Positions 60,867 through 64,000 of a DNA stretch of 64,000 nucleotides are shown one piece after another. The stretch covers positions 1 to 64,000 of the forward strand of contig JALDZS010000002.1 in the NCBI GenBank assembly GCA_022813965.1. Direction: 5' to 3'. Under the pieces are notes generated by a model. It had not been told where the DNA came from. It did no database searches and saw only the letters and a program-made list of their open reading frames with translations. A program made the position numbers and the translations under genes. The stretch comes from Toensbergia leucococca. Lineage: Eukaryota. Numbering within the stretch: the first letter of the stretch is position 1; each line of letters opens with the position of its first letter.

Positions 60867-63348
60867 ATGAATGGCCATAAGCGTCGACAAAGCTCCGAGA
60901 GTCAATCAGTGGAGGGCAACGAAGGCAATGAAGGCAATGGAGCTGGAAGAAAGAGTGATTCGTTCAAAGCCAGAGCAAAACGCAACCGCTACATCTCAAT
61001 TGCATGGTTAGACTCGCGCAATAAGACCCTTCCGACTATGGGACCAAACGATTGACCCAACATTTCATCTAGTAATGAATGCAAGAGGCGTAAGATTAAA
61101 TGCAATGGTCAAATGCCATGTCAGCGTTGTGGGCATCTATCTGTAGAATGTCTATACGCGCCCAACTGCTGCAGCAGTAGCTTCAAAGATTCAGAGTAGG
61201 CGTCCCGCTCTTCCTCCAACATTGGACTCCTCTTGACGTGACTGTGTAGCGAATTTGGGCAGATGAATGCCCATATTATCTCTCTACAAGACCAGGTCAA
61301 TAACCTCTATTCTAACATCAGCGCACTGAGAAATGGATCGGGCAGCGCTATCTTTCCCAGGCACGATCCTGAAACCTATTCTAGCCGTCCATCGCTCGTT
61401 CAGTCAGATTCTCGAGGACCATTCCGAAGTCCTACGTCGTCGTCACAGCCCCGCACAAGGCACTCGGGATTCCAAGGTCCCACAAGCTCTGCTTTCAATT
61501 TTGATGTCGCCAAGTCAAGTCTGCAAATAATGGGTATTGCTAGTCCAGAAGAGCCTCTTGATGAAAATGTCCTTGTGTATGAAGAAGCATCATACAATTC
61601 ACCACTCATAGGCCAAGCACCGATGGCACCAAACATCAGCCAGTCGTCCAAAGACCCTCTTTGGAAGATTGAGAAAGATGAGGCCATAAGGCTGTGCAGG
61701 GTCTACGATGAAGAAATGGGGCTGATGTATCCAATTTTAGACATTGAGAAGTTTATCAGCAAAGCGAGCATGCTTTTTACTTTCATCGAGTCAGCCAAGA
61801 GAACCGGACTCATGAACAGAACAATGTCAGGCTCTGACAACTTCAATGACGATGATACAGATATTCTTAAGATGGTTTTGGCTACTGCATTGACTGTCGA
61901 AGGAAGTGGGCAAAGCGATTTAGGACGGAGGCTTTTTGATAGTGTTCGAGGGCCTTCTGAAAGCAAACTATGGGAACCTGCCAGTCCTAAGGGATTGGTC
62001 CTCTTGGTAATAGTGGTATGGATTAATGTCCTACGTACTGCGGGTGGAAACTAATCCCCCTTGCAGTCACAATACCACTTTCAAGTAGATGAAGAGGTAC
62101 AAGCCTATAGGATAGTTGGTCTTGCAGTACGTTTATGTCTCGAATTGGGTCTGCATCGTCGAGAAAAATTTATGAGACACTTTCCCGATGAAGAAGAACG
62201 TTCTTGGGCCGTCAAACTCTTCTGGTCTATCTATGTGCTCGATCACCGATTAAGTTTCGGTACCGGCATGCCGTTTGCCGTACAGGATGCTGATATTGAT
62301 CCCTGGCTGCCTGAGCCTGTTCGTGCAACCAAGATTATAATGATGATTAGCAGAGAAGCTGATAAATCGACAGGACGACTCTTCACCATATCTGAAGGCC
62401 ATGGTGAAATATGGTCGAATATCATCGAAAGTCTGGGGGTTCGTCACCAGATATGAAGGCACTGGCAATGAATTAAGAAAGGACGAGATGGAATACCTTG
62501 ATTTTCAGATACAACAATGGCAAACATCCCTACCGGATCCCCTGAGATTCAGTCATTTCGAAAATGCGCGAGATACAGAAATTCCTAATCGTGCGATCCG
62601 TCGCCTCCAGGTAATTCTTTATCTCCGGGCGAATAATATGCGAATATCTATCCATAGGCCTATGCTCCATTCAGCCACTAGCATTATGAAGAACAGACGC
62701 TACGCCCAGGTGTCTGTAGAGGTTTCCAAAGACACTATTAGAGTACTAACACGCCTCAACCAAGCCACTAACATTTATCGTACTCAACAAATTTGCTTCA
62801 ATTATTTTCTAGTCTCTGCTCTCGCTGTTCTTTTCCTTGCCGTGGCTCATGCGCCAATGGAATTTAATCGTCAAGTAAGAGATGAGTTTTACATGGCGCT
62901 CGACCTCGTCAAGGGCTTTAGCACCAAATCTTACACATCGAAGCGATTATGGATGACTATCAGAGGCTTGAAGGAGGTCGCGCCAAAATTGGGCTTGGTA
63001 TCACGGCAAGGGCTGGCTGAAGTTGACGATCCACATTCATCAGCGGCTGTTGCCATGGCTGGTCTAGCAGGTCATCATGTTGATGAGCTAGCTGGTTTCC
63101 CACAACCTCAGATGCCAATGCAACTTGGCAACAGTCCGTTGAACGGGCAGCAAATGAGTCATGAGCTGACTAACCTCTTCGAGGCTGCGGGCGAGTATGG
63201 GAGTGTCTTGCCTCCAAGTTCGCAAGGGATGCCGGGGATGAACGGCTTCGTTGGTCCATCTGGGGAGCTGAGTCAAGGTTGCGAGGGTATGAGTGGGATG
63301 TTCGGGAATGAGGAGGAGTTCTCGATGATCATGCGAGATTTATTCTGA
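60867..63348 (+). CDS. Zn(II)2Cys6 transcription factor with a fungal-specific TF domain; about 5 exons
   Basis: RYISIAC|NECKRRKIKCNGQMPCQRCGHLSVEC Zn cluster split by an intron. Middle homology region LCLELGLHR...FWSIYVLDHRLSFGTGMPF. Confidence 0.92.
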
Positions 63349-64000
63349 ATGTAGAGTATACCCACCTACTCTGTCAATCTGCTACGATATACCCTGAAAA
63401 TATATGAAGAGTAATATGAAATCAATCTACCCTTACCCCATGATACGGATATTCGTAAGCGACGCGGCTGTCTACCGCTCACTGGCGCAGCCCCACCAAC
63501 CAGACTGGCACTGGATGAGACTGCCCAAATCCAAGAACAATCTGCATGTTCGACTGTCAATTCAGAGTATATATTCTGCTCCTGTAAGCGTACCTGCCAT
63601 TCACGGCCGAGTCAACACACATAAGGTAGATATGTTACTTCACAAGGAACTCCCTCCCCCAGAAACTCATCACATGGACTGACTCGGCCTTGTTTACAGA
63701 GGAACTGAATACTGAAGACGCCCTTTCTAGAAGTCTGCCTGACTCATTGAAAAGGACAGGATATACAATGCGCCGATAATGTATCGTGCCAGCTGCGCCG
63801 TCTCCGTCAGCCTCCAACTCCCAAGGCAGCCACTCACCACCATTTCTCCAACTTCACTACCCTCTTTACTGTGGCATGTTTGAGCATTGCATCGAAGATA
63901 GTCCGTGCATCCCATTTAGTCAAAGCTTTAGTACCGTACCCGCTTTCAATCCCAGGCTTGCGACCTATAGGCGCACAGCCTCATCACAAAAATAAATTTC

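Noticed and set aside
1..64000. tRNA, rRNA, CRISPR arrays or intact transposons
   Set aside because: None recognised by eye. A tRNAscan/Rfam/RepeatModeler run would be needed to exclude small or degenerate ones.

Overview
Gene-dense, intron-containing window from a filamentous ascomycete (Pezizomycotina). The taxon is inferred from GT-AG introns with CTRAC branch sites and from the gene families present. About 20 intact genes and one clear pseudogene can be supported. Most are housekeeping genes: Sld3, a LIM/paxillin-like protein, beta-tubulin, Put2, Apq12, Gpn3, SAM synthetase, Npl6/Rsc7, the Ssk2 MAPKKK, an Amt/Mep ammonium transporter and Tat-SF1/Cus2. The standout is at the left edge (89-9095). 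Hydantoin racemase, N-carbamoyl-D-amino-acid hydrolase and dihydropyrimidinase/D-hydantoinase, the full enzyme set of the bacterial 'hydantoinase process', are clustered around a stand-alone A-T-R NRPS-like reductase, with GATA (AreA-type) motifs upstream. The cluster may continue left of the window. A second window-wide signal is a recurring switch from C/A-rich to G/T-rich sequence on the + strand. It ignores gene orientation and visibly reshapes codon and amino-acid usage. Also noted: a multiply disrupted secreted GH5 pseudogene, a recurring intergenic TACGGAGTA motif, a CpG-depleted relic and a divergent beta-tubulin. Exon boundaries were read by eye and no database searches were run.
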